Shown here: positions 25,897 through 38,737 of the stretch, in pieces
How positions within the stretch are numbered: position 1 is the stretch's first letter
How the letters are laid out: each line of letters starts with the position of its first letter
NCBI GenBank assembly: GCA_053919585.1
Contig: CM132798.1
Source of the DNA: Euprymna scolopes
Taxonomy: Eukaryota
Length of the DNA stretch: 64,000 bases
Direction: 5' to 3' (one strand)
Notes under the pieces: model-generated
Told to the model about the DNA's origin: nothing
The model's input: the letters and a program-made list of their open reading frames with translations, nothing else
Database searches by the model: none
Position numbers and translations under genes: made by a program

Positions 25897-26618
25897 TCTC
25901 TATTTCTTGCTGGTTGGTGTAGTCGGCAAGTTTGTAAGAAAAGAAAATACGGTTTATGCAAATAAAAAAAGACATAAATAAACAGAAATATGTAGAAATA
26001 ACGAACGTGGGAGTAAGTAATACTAAATGTAGAACATAAAGGCTGTAATGTAACGAATGGAAATGTAAAAACATAGCGGCGCGATTATCATCGTCGAACC
26101 ATTCGTGTAAAGGATGAACAAAAGAATAATAGAATTAGAGAATGCATACTGCTCAACTAATCAGCAGGGGTGGATTTTGCTACAGAGAAAGTATTATCTA
26201 TATATAAGAATATGTGAAATATATGGTAAGAGTATGTGTCGAGTAATAAGTTAAAACCCAGTAGAATAAGAACAGATAGGAATGGTGGAGATGTTAAGTG
26301 GAAGCATGGAAGTACAGAAAAGGTAGAAATGGAAATAGGAATTACTTCCTATTTAGAGGGGTGTATTGCCATCGCGACGCTCCTCGAAACTAACGTAAGA
26401 TTTTAATATAACGCCTGCATGTGTATATAATGTCGTGTTAAAGTTACATCAGGTAGTGGCTAATAGTGTAGACATAATAAATTTGTATGTGGCCTCTGTT
26501 GTTATATACCAACGGTATTTTGACTCAGAAGGGAAAACTGCGCCTCTTTTATTATATATCGAAATATGATATGATCTCGACCATCAATAGAATTACACAC
26601 AAAAAACAATTGCATATA

Positions 26619-27232
26619 CAGGATGGAACGGTATATTTTGCCTTCTAAAGAAAATAATTTTTCAACTTTATTTAAAAATTTAACTTAAAATAATAATTAA
26701 GAAAACTTGATTATGTAGTAGAGCTGACATCTTTTCAATGTAGCCGCCTTTAGCCTCAATCACCGCCTCGATAGAATTTTTTCATATGCGCCGGTGGGAC
26801 CTCCCCAAATACTTGGCAAATAGTGGATGGCTTTGGTGTTGCATGAAGTCATGTTGGTGATGTTTCTGCCGTATAGACAAACATAATAGTCCAGCGTATT
26901 TAATTCGGGAGAAGAGGGGGCCAGTGGAGAAAATTTGAAAGCCGTAGCACTTCTTCTAAAGGCATACCTTGATCTTTTTGGACTTGTGGACGTCACCGAG
27001 TCCGGCTGTATACTCATAGTTTGCCAGCAGCCATCTGACGGCACGAGCTGATTACCACACATTGAACATTGCGATACTTCCAGACATAATAGAAGCTGCA
27101 CATTTCTTTAGAGATTTGTACACATCTGGGCATCTGTGAGACGGTCGGTAACAAAAAGAAACACGGTTTTCATCAAACGGAAATAGTAGCATGTCATTTT
27201 TTCTAGAGAGACACTTTTACCGTGTCACCCTG
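26619..27232 (-). mobile_element. Internally deleted Tc1/mariner-superfamily (DD..D-type) element
   Basis: Imperfect TIRs CAGGATGGAACGGTA / TACCGTGTCACCCTG with TA flanks. Minus-strand QPDS and PSSPELNTLDYYV motifs. Confidence 0.7.
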
Positions 27233-27749
27233 TATATTCTTTGAAAAGTGGACCACATATGAACGAGGTGAGAGAATAAGTTTTGCAAGTGACTGCTACA
27301 TAATCTAACATGCTGCATATCAGTTTCTGCAAATCTATGTTTTGACGTGTCAGATTTGAAAAAAATGTCTACAATAAATAACAAGTGTTAACGGATTTTC
27401 AGCTATGTGCATGAAATATTTCTGAACGTCGTAAAAACAGATTGTGATCTCGCAAAAAAAAATTGCCGTTCAGTATCTTCTCGTTTTATCTTAATTATCT
27501 TTTCTTGTTTAGAAGTAATTGTCTTTTTCCATCAAAGTTTATACTAACCAATACTTTCTACAACCCTTTACTTTTCAACTAATTCCCCCACTCTGCTTAA
27601 TTTCGGTTTTCTAATATGAGTTGTCCATGTTTTTCTTTTTATCTCAGTTCTTTTTTACTATAATAGTTGTGTTAATACATCAATTGCACTACTTTACAGA
27701 CAATATAATCGTTTTCTAAGTATATCTATTTGTTTATATATATTTTGTA

Positions 27750-28848
27750 TAGTCCAGCACCTTACAGATGCTAAACTTCTGACCGACCAACAATATGGAT
27801 TTAGACAAGCCCGTTCCACGGCAGACATCCTCACTGTAATCTCTGAACGCATATACCATTCACTGGACAAAGCGGGAGAGGGCAGAGCGGTAGCTCTAGA
27901 TATATCTAAGGCTTTTGACAGGATATGGCATGAGGGTCTCCTCAGGAAGATTAGATCTTACGGTATCACTGGTAGAATACTTAACATAATTAAATCCTTC
28001 TTAGATAAGAGAAAAATCCAGGTTGTCCTCGACGGTCGTATATCTAAACAATATGATATAAATGCGGGAGTGCCCCAGGCATTATCCTTGGACCTCTGCT
28101 GTTCCTGATATTCATAAATGACCTCCCCGACAAAATTGCCTCTGAGATGGGTATATATGCTGATGACACCACACTCTATAGCAGGCACGACAGGAAAACA
28201 AATGAACATATGTCTAAAGTAATGGCAGAAATACTAGAGGATGACCTCCAATCAGTAGTGGAATGGGGACAAAAATGGATGGTCACGTTCAATGCCACCA
28301 AGACAAAACTGGTTTCATTCAATAATTACAAGAAACCTTCTCTACCACCTATAGCAATGCCCAACGACTCTTTAGCTGAGAGTGCGTCTTTCAAGCTCCT
28401 TGGCCTTACGTTCACAGGAAACATGAGCTGGAACAATTACATCGAGGGAATTGCCAGGGCCGCTGTGAGGAAGGTGGGCTCTCTCTACCGTGCTAGAAAA
28501 CTTCTAACACCCGAAAGTATCCTGTACCTCTATAAGGCCACTATTCGCCCATGTATGGAGTATTGCTGTCATATTTGGGCCGGTGCATCGGTTACTAGTC
28601 TCTTGCTCCTTGACAGGGTTCAAAAGAGAGTCGCAAATCTGATAGGCCCTAAACTGGCATCTAAACTTCAGCCTCTGTCCCATCGTCGAAACGTTGCATC
28701 CCTCTGCCTGTTCTACAAGTATTATAATGGTGAATGCTCTGAAGAACTGCAAGCACTTGTGCCCCTACGACGTGAACACCCTCGACAGACCCGACAAGCT
28801 GCAAAATCCCACCTCCACACTGTAGAGATCCCTAGATGTAAAAAATCT
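27750..28848 (+). mobile_element. CR1/Zenon-type LINE copy A (5'-truncated RT/C-terminal part)
   Basis: QYGFRQARST, ALDISKAFDR, GVPQ (frameshifted), YADD, YCCHIWAG, HRRNVASL. Ends at ..PRCKKS and resumes at 33102. Confidence 0.93.
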
Positions 28849-31269
28849 TCTAGCACGGTAGAGAGAGCCCACCTTCCTCGCAGCGGCCCTGGCAATGCCC
28901 TCGATGTAATTGTTCCAGCTCATGTTTCCTGTGAACGTAAGGCCAAGGAGCTTGAAAGACGCACTCTCAGCTAAAGAGTCGTTGGCCATTGCTATAGGTG
29001 GTAGAGAAGGTTTCTTGTAATTATTGAATGAAACCAGCTTTGTCTTGGTGGCATTTAACGTTACCATCCATTTTTGTCCCCATTCCACTACTGATTTGAG
29101 GTCATCCTCTAGTGTTTCTGCCATTACTTTAGATATGTGTTCATTTGTTTTCCTGTCGTGCCTGCTATAGAGTGTGGTGTCATCAGCATATATACCCATC
29201 TCAGAGGCAATTTTGTCGGGGAGGTCATTTATGAATATCAGGAACAGCAGAGGACCAAGGATAGATCCCTGGGGCACTCCCGCATTTATATTATATTGTT
29301 TAGACGTACGACCGTCGAGGACAACCTGGATTTTTTTCTTATCTAAGAAGGATTTAATTATGTTAAGTATTCTACCAGTGATACCGTAAGATCTAATCTT
29401 CCTGAGGAGACCCTCATGCCATACCCTGTCAAAAGCCTTAGATATATCTAGAGCTACCGCTCTGCCCTCTCCCGCTTTGTCCAGTGAATGGTATATGCGT
29501 TCAGAGATTACAGTTAGGATGTCTGCCGTGGAACGGGCTTGCCTAAATCCATATTGATGGTCGGTCAGAAGTTTAGCATCTGTAAGGTGCTGGACTAGAG
29601 CATGGTTAATTAAGGTCTCAAATATTTTTGTAAAAAGTGGGAGGAGGCTACTAGGGCGATAATTTAATGGGTCAGTTCTTTCGCCAGAATTCTTGAATAC
29701 TGGTACCACAGAAGCAGTTTTCCAACAGCTCGGAAAGCAAGATTCATTAAGGCATTTGTGGTAGAGTTTGGAGAGAACTGGAGCTACTTCGGCTGAGCAC
29801 TTTTTTAATAGCACAGCTGGGATGAGGTCGGGTCCACATGCTTTGGAAGTGTCAAGGTTTTTTATGATAGCATGCACCGTAGCAGGGGTGATTTCCAGAT
29901 CGTCTAGCGTGGCGTCTGTCCGCATAGGAAAGTCAGGTAGGGGGTGGTTTAGAGGGTCCAGTGTAGAGTTGGAGGCAAACCGACTGGCAAGCATGTAAGC
30001 CTTCTCGGTTGCTGAGCAAAGAACCTCGTGATTGTTGGTTAGTGGGGGAATCGTTGATTGCCCATTATTTACTACACTGTTGTAGATTGTCCAGAAGTCA
30101 CGAGTTCCTAATTTTTGTGCTTCGATGCGTTTTTTAGTGGTTTCCGTAAATTCCCTCTTAGCTGTCGCTATTTCTTTCTTAACGTTACTTCTAGCTTCTA
30201 TGTACTTTTGTCTGTTTGAACTGGACTTATGTCGGTTAAACCTGCGGAATGCATGCTGCCTTTGAGCAATGGCAGTTGAGCAAGTCGAAGTAAACCATTG
30301 GGGAGAGTGGGGCTTGCTATAGAATTTCCGCATGGGAACATGCGCTTCGATTGCAGTTTTGAACCATTCAGTGGTCTCAGTTGCACACTGTTCAGCAGGA
30401 AGAGAAAAAATATTTCCCCATGGGGCGTCTCTGATAAGATCTCTGATAGCTTCCCAGTCAGCCTTTTTATAATATCTCGTTGTTTTGAGCACTGGCTCTT
30501 CAGTTTTGGGTCTGGAGTTTAGGGCGATTTCAACCATTATTACCGCGTGATCAGCGTTCCCAAGTGGGCTGTCGGCTTTCGTTACACAATCATCAGGAAC
30601 TGTGGTCAAAACCAGATCTAATAGTGATGCGTGTTGCTCTTCCTGATCAGGGAAGCGGGTTGGGAAAGTAATAATTTGCGATAGGGAGTGAGATACAGAG
30701 AAGCTATGAGTTGCGCTGCCTGCTGCATCTGTATAAGTAGAGAATCCAAGACAGTTTTTGTGATGGACATTAAAGTCACCAAATACATGTACTTGGGCGC
30801 TAGTGTCGAAGGAGAGTGTTGTGTCTATGCTGTCAGATACTTTGTTTATTATGGTGCAGTCTTGGGTCGAGGGAGAGCGGTAGAGAAAGTAAAAGTAGCT
30901 AATGTTGTGTTGCATGATTAGTCTAAAGCACATAAAGGCTTGATCATCCGTTTCTAGGTTTGTTTCTCTAGTCAAGGGAAGGGTATTACGAATGTAAACT
31001 CCAAGTCCGTGCATATGTCTGTCAGAGTCCTTACGGCAGAGTGGGAGATATCCAGGCATGTTAAAGTAGTTAGAGGGGATGGAGGAGTGTAGGTTAGTCT
31101 CACTTAGTGCTAAGATATCCGGGGTATTTGTTAGGAGAAATGCTTCAACATCAGCTAAGTTAGTTCTAAGCCCACGGATATTTGTGAATGCAAGCCTCAA
31201 GGGAGGAGGCAAGTTGGATTTGTTTGTCCCTAAGCCTGGTTTAAGCTTATTTTTAGATTGTACTGTCAT
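28765..31269 (-). CDS. CR1/Zenon-type LINE copy B ORF: APE endonuclease + reverse transcriptase (3'-truncated at ~28849; the last ~28 aa are read-through)
   Basis: 834-aa ORF with NIRGL, LSET, GDFN, LDL and DH endonuclease motifs, and GPD, WK.A.V.PVFK, NYRP, QYGFR, LDISKAFD, GVPQGSILGP and YADD RT motifs. Confidence 0.95.
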   Translation of the reverse strand: MTVQSKNKLKPGLGTNKSNLPPPLRLAFTNIRGLRTNLADVEAFLLTNTPDILALSETNLHSSIPSNYFNMPGYLPLCRKDSDRHMHGLGVYIRNTLPLTRETNLETDDQAFMCFRLIMQHNISYFYFLYRSPSTQDCTIINKVSDSIDTTLSFDTSAQVHVFGDFNVHHKNCLGFSTYTDAAGSATHSFSVSHSLSQIITFPTRFPDQEEQHASLLDLVLTTVPDDCVTKADSPLGNADHAVIMVEIALNSRPKTEEPVLKTTRYYKKADWEAIRDLIRDAPWGNIFSLPAEQCATETTEWFKTAIEAHVPMRKFYSKPHSPQWFTSTCSTAIAQRQHAFRRFNRHKSSSNRQKYIEARSNVKKEIATAKREFTETTKKRIEAQKLGTRDFWTIYNSVVNNGQSTIPPLTNNHEVLCSATEKAYMLASRFASNSTLDPLNHPLPDFPMRTDATLDDLEITPATVHAIIKNLDTSKACGPDLIPAVLLKKCSAEVAPVLSKLYHKCLNESCFPSCWKTASVVPVFKNSGERTDPLNYRPSSLLPLFTKIFETLINHALVQHLTDAKLLTDHQYGFRQARSTADILTVISERIYHSLDKAGEGRAVALDISKAFDRVWHEGLLRKIRSYGITGRILNIIKSFLDKKKIQVVLDGRTSKQYNINAGVPQGSILGPLLFLIFINDLPDKIASEMGIYADDTTLYSRHDRKTNEHISKVMAETLEDDLKSVVEWGQKWMVTLNATKTKLVSFNNYKKPSLPPIAMANDSLAESASFKLLGLTFTGNMSWNNYIEGIARAAARKVGSLYRARRFFTSRDLYSVEVGFCSLSGLSRVFTS

Positions 31270-33101
31270 GTTTTTAACGAGTTTCAGTTGGGTTAGGGGA
31301 AGCCGAACAGGAGGTTATGCAGAATATCACACATGCATCACAAGTAGACCATCAGCTGACCCTCCATCAACTAGGACTGTGGCCTCAGGAAAGCCCACCG
31401 GGGATGAGTGCAGGGTCCCTTTCCATGCGCGCCATGGCACTGCAAACATCCCGATATTATTCAACTGTTGATGGAGCAGCCGCTCTAAGCGCTACCAAAG
31501 AGTTAGGGTTACTGTACTACCAGTCGGAAACAGCAGCCAGTAACTGTCAATCCGGTACTCTCAACCCAATCTAATTGCCCAGGCATATGTGGTACTCAAG
31601 CATTCTCTAGTGCCCAGCTTAAGGGGTGGGGTGTGTCGGGAGTGGGGGAAACGGCGTTCATTGCCCTAGACAAGAAACAAGATCTACCAATGGGTGTTTC
31701 TGTCGAATCACTGTGATAGTATCTCTGCGCCTGACTACTAGGCAAAGAAGGAGTATGGAAGCCGGGCGATAGTCAGGACCTAACTACTCCTTAAGCAATT
31801 TAGGTATTGCAAACCGGTAATTTGTTTGAGTTACCAGCTCTAGGAAGGTTGTCATCCAAGACTGAAGAGGCCTCCCTCCTCTCTGGTTTAGTTTCAGAGT
31901 TTTCCTTCTCCTAGACGGATGATCTGGAAAGATCCACTGGGCCCGTCACCACTGAGAGGGTTTGCTCCGCGCCTGGGTTCTAATCCATGTATTTCTGCGA
32001 CCCCGAGAGGTTAGTTAATGTTATTGGGTTAGTTTGTAGAGGTTATATCTGCTAAATAGTTACACTCCTCAAAGTGGATTAGGGATATTGTTATTTCATT
32101 GTTAGTGGATAAAGGGGTTGAGTAGAGCTCATGCAGTGTAAGCAACTATGATTGTAAGGAGGCTTGTTAGGAGATAATGTGGTTTGAGGCTTACACTTTT
32201 GTTTATATATATTGTTCTTATTTTTTTTCCTTTTTTATTTTTATTTTTATTTATTTATTTATTTTTTATTCATGTGAGCTTGGGTCTAGTATAATATTAA
32301 AGTGTGAGTAGGTGTAAAGAATTGAACCACGAGTTGTGCCAAAACTATATTTTAGATGGTAGCAGGGCATGAGATGCGAGTGCAGTATAGTACGGGTAAA
32401 ACAGTAAGTTTTGAGTCATGTGTAATTTGGTAAATAGATATATGGGCTGGTTTTAGTAGGTGCGAATAAAGATGGAGGCACAAGGTGAGTTTCTATTATT
32501 GAGAGAAGATGTTTTCAGCTTTCAAGTAACAGTTATGCATAGCAAGGAGCATTGGTTCAGTTTCGTATTAGCCTTGCAAAGCTATCTAAGAGGAGACAGT
32601 TGTGTAATGCAGTGCGGTGTGCTTTGCTTCCGAGTACATACTTTGGCTGTTTAATACCAACTGGAATAGGAATGAACTCCAATGCATGTCTAGAGGGTAG
32701 AATTGTATAGATGTTTAGTGATGACTAAGCAGTTAGCATGTGAGAGTCAGGGGCTGGAAGTTAAAGATTCCAGTACAAAACGGGGTGAAATATAGGAGTT
32801 AAGTGGCGGTTTGGTGGGAAGGAGCAGATTGTTAGCCTTCAAGGGATAGGGGTTATTAATTTACAAGAAACAGATCTACATTAGGATTTAGAGTGGCAGG
32901 TAATTTTTTTTTTTTTTTTGCGCATGCAGGCTAGACAGGTAATCGTCTTGAAGGTAAAATGTATATTGGGATTCCGTAGCTAGCAGTTAGGTGTTTGTTC
33001 CAGTTACAAGAACTAGTTCATGGTGGATCGGAATTCCGTATTTCGTATTTATAGGAAGACCTTAAAGTAACGCACGGAACATAGCATCCACTCAGAAAGA
33101 A

Positions 33102-33291
33102 TACTCCAGTAGTTTCTTCCCCAGAACTGCTAGACTTTGGAATTCCATTCCAGGTCACTGCTTCCCCAACTGTACTGACATGCATAAGTTCAAGTGCAAC
33201 GTGAACCAACATCTCGCTACCCTAATCCCTACATAGTACCACAGTAGATGTTTCCCCTGATAGTAGCCCCCCTACACCAAAGTGGCAATGT
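33102..33291 (+). mobile_element. 3' end of CR1/Zenon copy A
   Basis: YSSSFFPRTARLWNSIP.. plus 3' UTR homologous to 4740-4927; runs into a gap. Confidence 0.9.
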
Positions 33292-33889
33292 NNNNNNNNN
33301 NNNNNNNNNNNNNNNNNNNNNNNNNNNNNNNNNNNNNNNNNNNNNNNNNNNNNNNNNNNNNNNNNNNNNNNNNNNNNNNNNNNNNNNNNNNNNNNNNNNN
33401 NNNNNNNNNNNNNNNNNNNNNNNNNNNNNNNNNNNNNNNNNNNNNNNNAGTTAGATGATTTTATATTTCATCAGTTGTTCTACAAATTGATACGGAAATG
33501 CAACAATTATATTAAAAACTTGACTAAGGAAAGTGGATGTAACGCAATTGCTATATCCTTGCTTCATTGTTTTGAGTCATCACATATTTATTAGTTGTAG
33601 TTATGTGTTAAGGCCTTCAATTAATATGATGCAATTTCACACGTAAATACGATAGTAATCATGCTAATTAAAACCTTTCATGTCAGAAAACTTATTCGCT
33701 TTTTAATGCTTTAATAAGTAAGATATTCGCACGTAAAAAGTATTACACACTGACCAAAACATAGAACTGAGGATTGAATGTTTGAAATAAAGCATGCACA
33801 TATCAAGGACATGAAAAATTATTGCGTCGTAAACAGTAAGGGTTTATAAAGTCAGGCCCAAATGAAATAAATATATGCATAACTCTTTT

Positions 33890-34510
33890 ACGAGGTTTCT
33901 TTTAATCAGTTCCAGACATTTTCGTATAGCCAGTTTTATTGATACTACACATATGAAACTCTTGTCCCCTTCGAAATAAACCGACCCGGCTGCAATACAC
34001 TTACTGTGCCATGAAATTCTGAATTGTCCCATTGAAGTCATTTGTGGAGCGTGCCAGTGACGCTCGTTACAGCCTCCTTCATCTCCTCAATTGTTTCATA
34101 ACGATAGTTTAAACAGTTTCCTTGGGCATAGCGAATTACCAAAAGTTTCTGGGAGCACCATGTGGACGGAATACAGATTGAGGAAATGTCTAGCTGTCCA
34201 TTTTGAATATGACAACGTTTTTAATTTTGTTTTTCTCTGAGAACGCTTGAAACAAACTTCGCCCAAATCTTCCGCATCTTCAGGTCGCAGCGAAAAAGTT
34301 TGTGAACCTCCCCACACTGACATTAAACAATACACTTATTGTCTCTATGGACATACACCGCTCATTATCCATGAAATTATTTTTGTCCGATCAACTATGA
34401 TGTTTTTACTCACTTACTGCGTTCAAAGCTCTCATTATCTTTCACAGACTCCTTGCTTTTCTGGAATATCTTATGCTACTTAAATACTGATATTCGACAC
34501 ATGCAACATA
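33890..34510 (-). mobile_element. Mariner relic (internally deleted)
   Basis: Minus-strand C-terminal motif SKCIAAGSVYFEGD and a TA-CGAGG terminus at ~33888. Confidence 0.65.
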
Positions 34511-34855
34511 GGCTAAACACAATCAGAACTATTTACAGATTGCATTTTTCGAAATTCCCTAGCTGTGAAAATCAGGTGTTAGTACAGTTTATTCCAATTC
34601 CTGCTCCACCTATCATTAGAACCATGAATCATAAAAAATGTCATCTCATAAAATGTATAGTAAAAATATACTGGATTTTTAGGGGCTACGACAGGTCTGG
34701 AACTTATTGAATCCACTCCCTAGACATGTTTAGTTATAAATTTGTGATATTTTTTTAGTAGAATGAATATCCTTTTGTCTACTCGTTCTCGTAACAACTA
34801 GTTTTTTACTTTTCCATCTCTAAGTTTAACTATATCACTCGTCATGCTCGTATTT

Positions 34856-34908
<53 letters not shown>

Positions 34909-35147
34909 CATATATATATTGTATTTTATGTACAGAAAGTTGTTAGATGAGATAAGTCATAAGGTAAGCAAGAGATCTTGATATAAAACGGCTCTAATTA
35001 TCAGGCTTGAAACCGAGAGTACCAATGACTGATTTCATATAACAACTTTCTGTACAAAAAATACAAAATATAAATCCGTTTTTTTTTTTCGGATTTTCTA
35101 TTTTAATTGAGCACTCTGGTGATTTTTTTCCAAAAAAAAAAGAACTA

Positions 35148-35191
<44 letters not shown>

Positions 35192-36674
35192 TATATGCTA
35201 GGTATATAAGGCAGTTCATGCAGTTTTCGGCTTTTAAATGCAGATAAACATGTCCCGGCAGAAATAAAAATGTATTGACCGAAAAAGCATCATGAGAATC
35301 AACAATCGTTCGCCAAACAGAAAAAAGTAGGAACGGCAACACTTTATAACGACGTTTCTTTTGGTTGTCACTTTATTCGTGATGTACCTAATTATCAAGA
35401 TTTTTATGTCTTTCCAATCACTCCCAAACTGGTTTTAAATCGTCGCATACCTTAAAACTAATTCAGAACAAAGTCTGGAAAAGTTGTGTGTTGATAACTT
35501 CGATGAAGACTATTAATTGACGGATGTCAACTTCCGACTACAACGCTCATTATCTCCAAGACTCTCCTCGTCAGCACGAAATTACTTAAATAACCTGTGT
35601 GCATTATGTTGCGTAGGAGTTTCTGAGTCAATCCTGTTGTTAATTTTGCTAGCTGTTTCAGCAACTCTTTGCCCTAGCTTGTGTTTAAACAGGAAAATAT
35701 TCGAATTTGCTTTTTCGCTGTCTTCTATAAAACGTTCTGAAAAAAGACATAATCATTTTGAAGCTATTGTAATTTAAATGATCAGATAGGTCGAAACCTC
35801 TTTTTTCAAATTATATATACAGTAATGGTATTATAATGAAAATATTTTAAAATACATGATTTGAAATCAAAATTAAAAATTCCGCTAGAACTTTCATTTA
35901 AGCGAATATATAGTTATATTGCATGAAAGGGTAAAAATAATCGTTGTTATTTACTTTTTTATACCTCTGAAATATTTTTTTACTGATGGAAAATAAATCG
36001 AATATCAAAATCCACAGATACATGATTAAAACTATTTTTAAAGAAGTTTTCTAAGAAAAGTTGCATTTATTGAGGAAAAATTGTTAGCCTTCAATGGAAT
36101 AGGAGGAAACAAAAATCAATATTTATCTGATTGAATTAAAATATATAAATATTAGTTTTTTTCCCTTATTTGTGCGAAGTTTTCTCTCGTTAAAGCTGCC
36201 AAAAATATGTGGAAATAATGAGGTTGAGTAAAAATTTCGCTATTCTTATTTTCATAACTTTTCCTGTCAATTAAAACTTGTATTTTTTGTGTGATTTTTC
36301 AACTTTAATTGGTCGCCGAAAAAAGTATGAACCTCCGTAATTAGATTTATTTTTAAAACACGTTTAGAGTACGGGAGTAGTTTCATATTGATTCATTTTA
36401 ATTGCGAGGGCGTTTTATTTATACATTCCCCTTCTTCATATAAACGTGGTTCTAGTGTTATGAATGTGTAGCCAAAGGTGTATATTACTTCATGCCTATA
36501 TGTGTTCAGCAGACGCGTGTGCGTGTGTATTATAGAAAAATAGTATTAAGAGAATATATATGTGCACCAAAACGGAAAGCGTATATGATGATTTGCTCGG
36601 ATCAAATTCTCGAAAAACATGTAATATTTATTTTTTGAAAACATTACGTTAAGACTATCATATAATGGGATATA

Positions 36675-37340
36675 CAGAGTGACCCATACGTCACTTTACA
36701 ATTTGACAATAAAACACCTGTTCCTTAAATGACTGTATTTAATTAATATCTTTTTTTTATTTTTCATTACACAGTTTAGAGTGTGGAAATTTGTTCTGAT
36801 TTAATTATGAACGATAACATTTCAAACTTCTCATTTTCAGCTTCGTAAAATCGAAATATGTCTAGGCTATTTTATATGTTAACATACGTAATTGTAGGGA
36901 AAAATTACTGGGGTAGGTTTGCCTGATTTTCTTGAAGGATTTAAAGCACAAGTGCATGCTCAGTTTCTCATCTTGAAACCACATATATCCTGGCATGTTT
37001 GCAAACTGAGGTGGAACCAAATTCAATAGCATATCTCTCATATCTCTCAGCAGTTACGGCCACAACATTTTAATTCACATCTTCACCAAAAGGGACCAAT
37101 AACTCGTTTTCTGGAATTTTAAACGTTTTTTTTCAGCAACCCCGAAAACCTATAAGAGTGGTAATTTGAAAAGATTTTCTGAAGGTGGAAAGATACCGCA
37201 ACTGTAACAGAACATTTGATTGCTGTAAATAGTGCAAAAAAGACCTTTAATGTGCGATTGTAATTGCACATATCACATAGTTCATAACACCATCAAGGTC
37301 ATTACCTTTCCAACGAGCCTTTATTTCTAAAATTCTGATC
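36675..37340 (-). mobile_element. Possible decayed Tc1/mariner element
   Basis: TA-CAGAGTGACC terminus resembling the other CAGGGTG TIRs here; only weak transposase-like remnants. Confidence 0.35.
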
Positions 37341-38737
37341 AATAGTTGTTGAGATTTGGAACTTNNNNNNNNNNNNNNNNNNNNNNNNNNNNNNNNNNNN
37401 NNNNNNNNNNNNNNNNNNNNNNNNNNNNNNNNNNNNNNNNNNNNNNNNNNNNNNNNNNNNNNNNNNNNNNNNNNNNNNNNNNNNNNNNNNNNNNNNNNNN
37501 NNNNNNNNNNGACCCAATTACTGTAGGTTTACGATAATAAATGTCACATGCAAATTTTATATGTCTGATGCAAATGCAGAACGCCATTTCATAATATTTA
37601 TTCGTTATAATGAAACCCTATCATCCATCCTAGGAGCTCCATCGATACTATCGTCAAAACATACAGAGGAAGTACTTCGTATGTTTCCCTCTCTTACAAA
37701 ATCCATCCTACTGACCCCACCCAATATCGTGAAATATTGTTCACATTACACATACACTGCCAATCTTTTTTCTTAACTGCCTTACGAACACATACACCTA
37801 ACATTACACTTATTTTCCCCGTTAGATAAATAATTACTTCTCCCTTACAAATATCTGGCAAATGTTATTGGCTAAGAGTAAAAAATCGCTTATTCTTGGA
37901 TACGACTATTTGTAAATAAACGAACACACTATACTTTAAAAAAAATGTCCACACACTATTCACCCTGCAATCCTTTATACGTGAAACAGACCAATTGTTT
38001 TTCTCCATTCTTCGGAAAATTACTACACGTAGTTTAACACACACACTCACACAAACAGGCGCATACACACGCAGGCACACATGTACAGAGAGAGCTACAC
38101 ATAGAGAGAGAAAGATAGGAACTGAGAAAAGACACAGGTAGAAGAAGAGATAGAAGCAGGGATAGAGATAGAGATAGAGAGAGAGACAGGGATATAAGTA
38201 GAGAGATAGAGAGAAAGAGGGAGAGAGAGAAAGAGAGAGAGAGACCGAAACGGTTTTCATTACACTCACAGCTTCCATTATATTTTATTGTCGTTATTTC
38301 AAAGGCACGAAAGTAATTAANNNNNNNNNNNNNNNNNNNNNNNNNNNNNNNNNNNNNNNNNNNNNNNNNNNNNNNNNNNNNNNNNNNNNNNNNNNNNNNN
38401 NNNNNNNNNNNNNNNNNNNNNNNNNNNNNNNNNNNNNNNNNNNNNNNNNNNNNNNNNNAGATAAAGATAGGTAGAGACAGATACAGAGAGAGATAGACAG
38501 AAAGAGAGATTTTACATGTTATTCACGCGTTCAGTTTAAGTTAAAATTTAGTTATTTCGAAGTTCCAAACGTCATACTTTCACCGTGACTAATTCGAGTA
38601 ATATTATTATTTGTTTTCTGATTTAGATGCAGATATTCCTTTAGCATTTAAGCTGAGAATTCTGAATTTCTTCATGATTACTTCAGTGGCCGAGGGTTAA
38701 TCCTTTTACCACCTTGGTCATGGGTATATTTCTATGT

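Noticed and set aside
28849-28974. Novel C-termini of ORFs 28147-28974 and 28765-31269
   Set aside because: They are read-through into the antisense strand of the neighbouring LINE copy across the 28848 junction.
31502-31510. Telomeric TTAGGG
   Set aside because: Only isolated single units, with no tandem array.
31862-31900. CTGAAGA as a hammerhead core (also isolated CTGANGA at ~488, 5025, 9939 and 51501)
   Set aside because: No stem II followed by GAAA, and no closing stem I.
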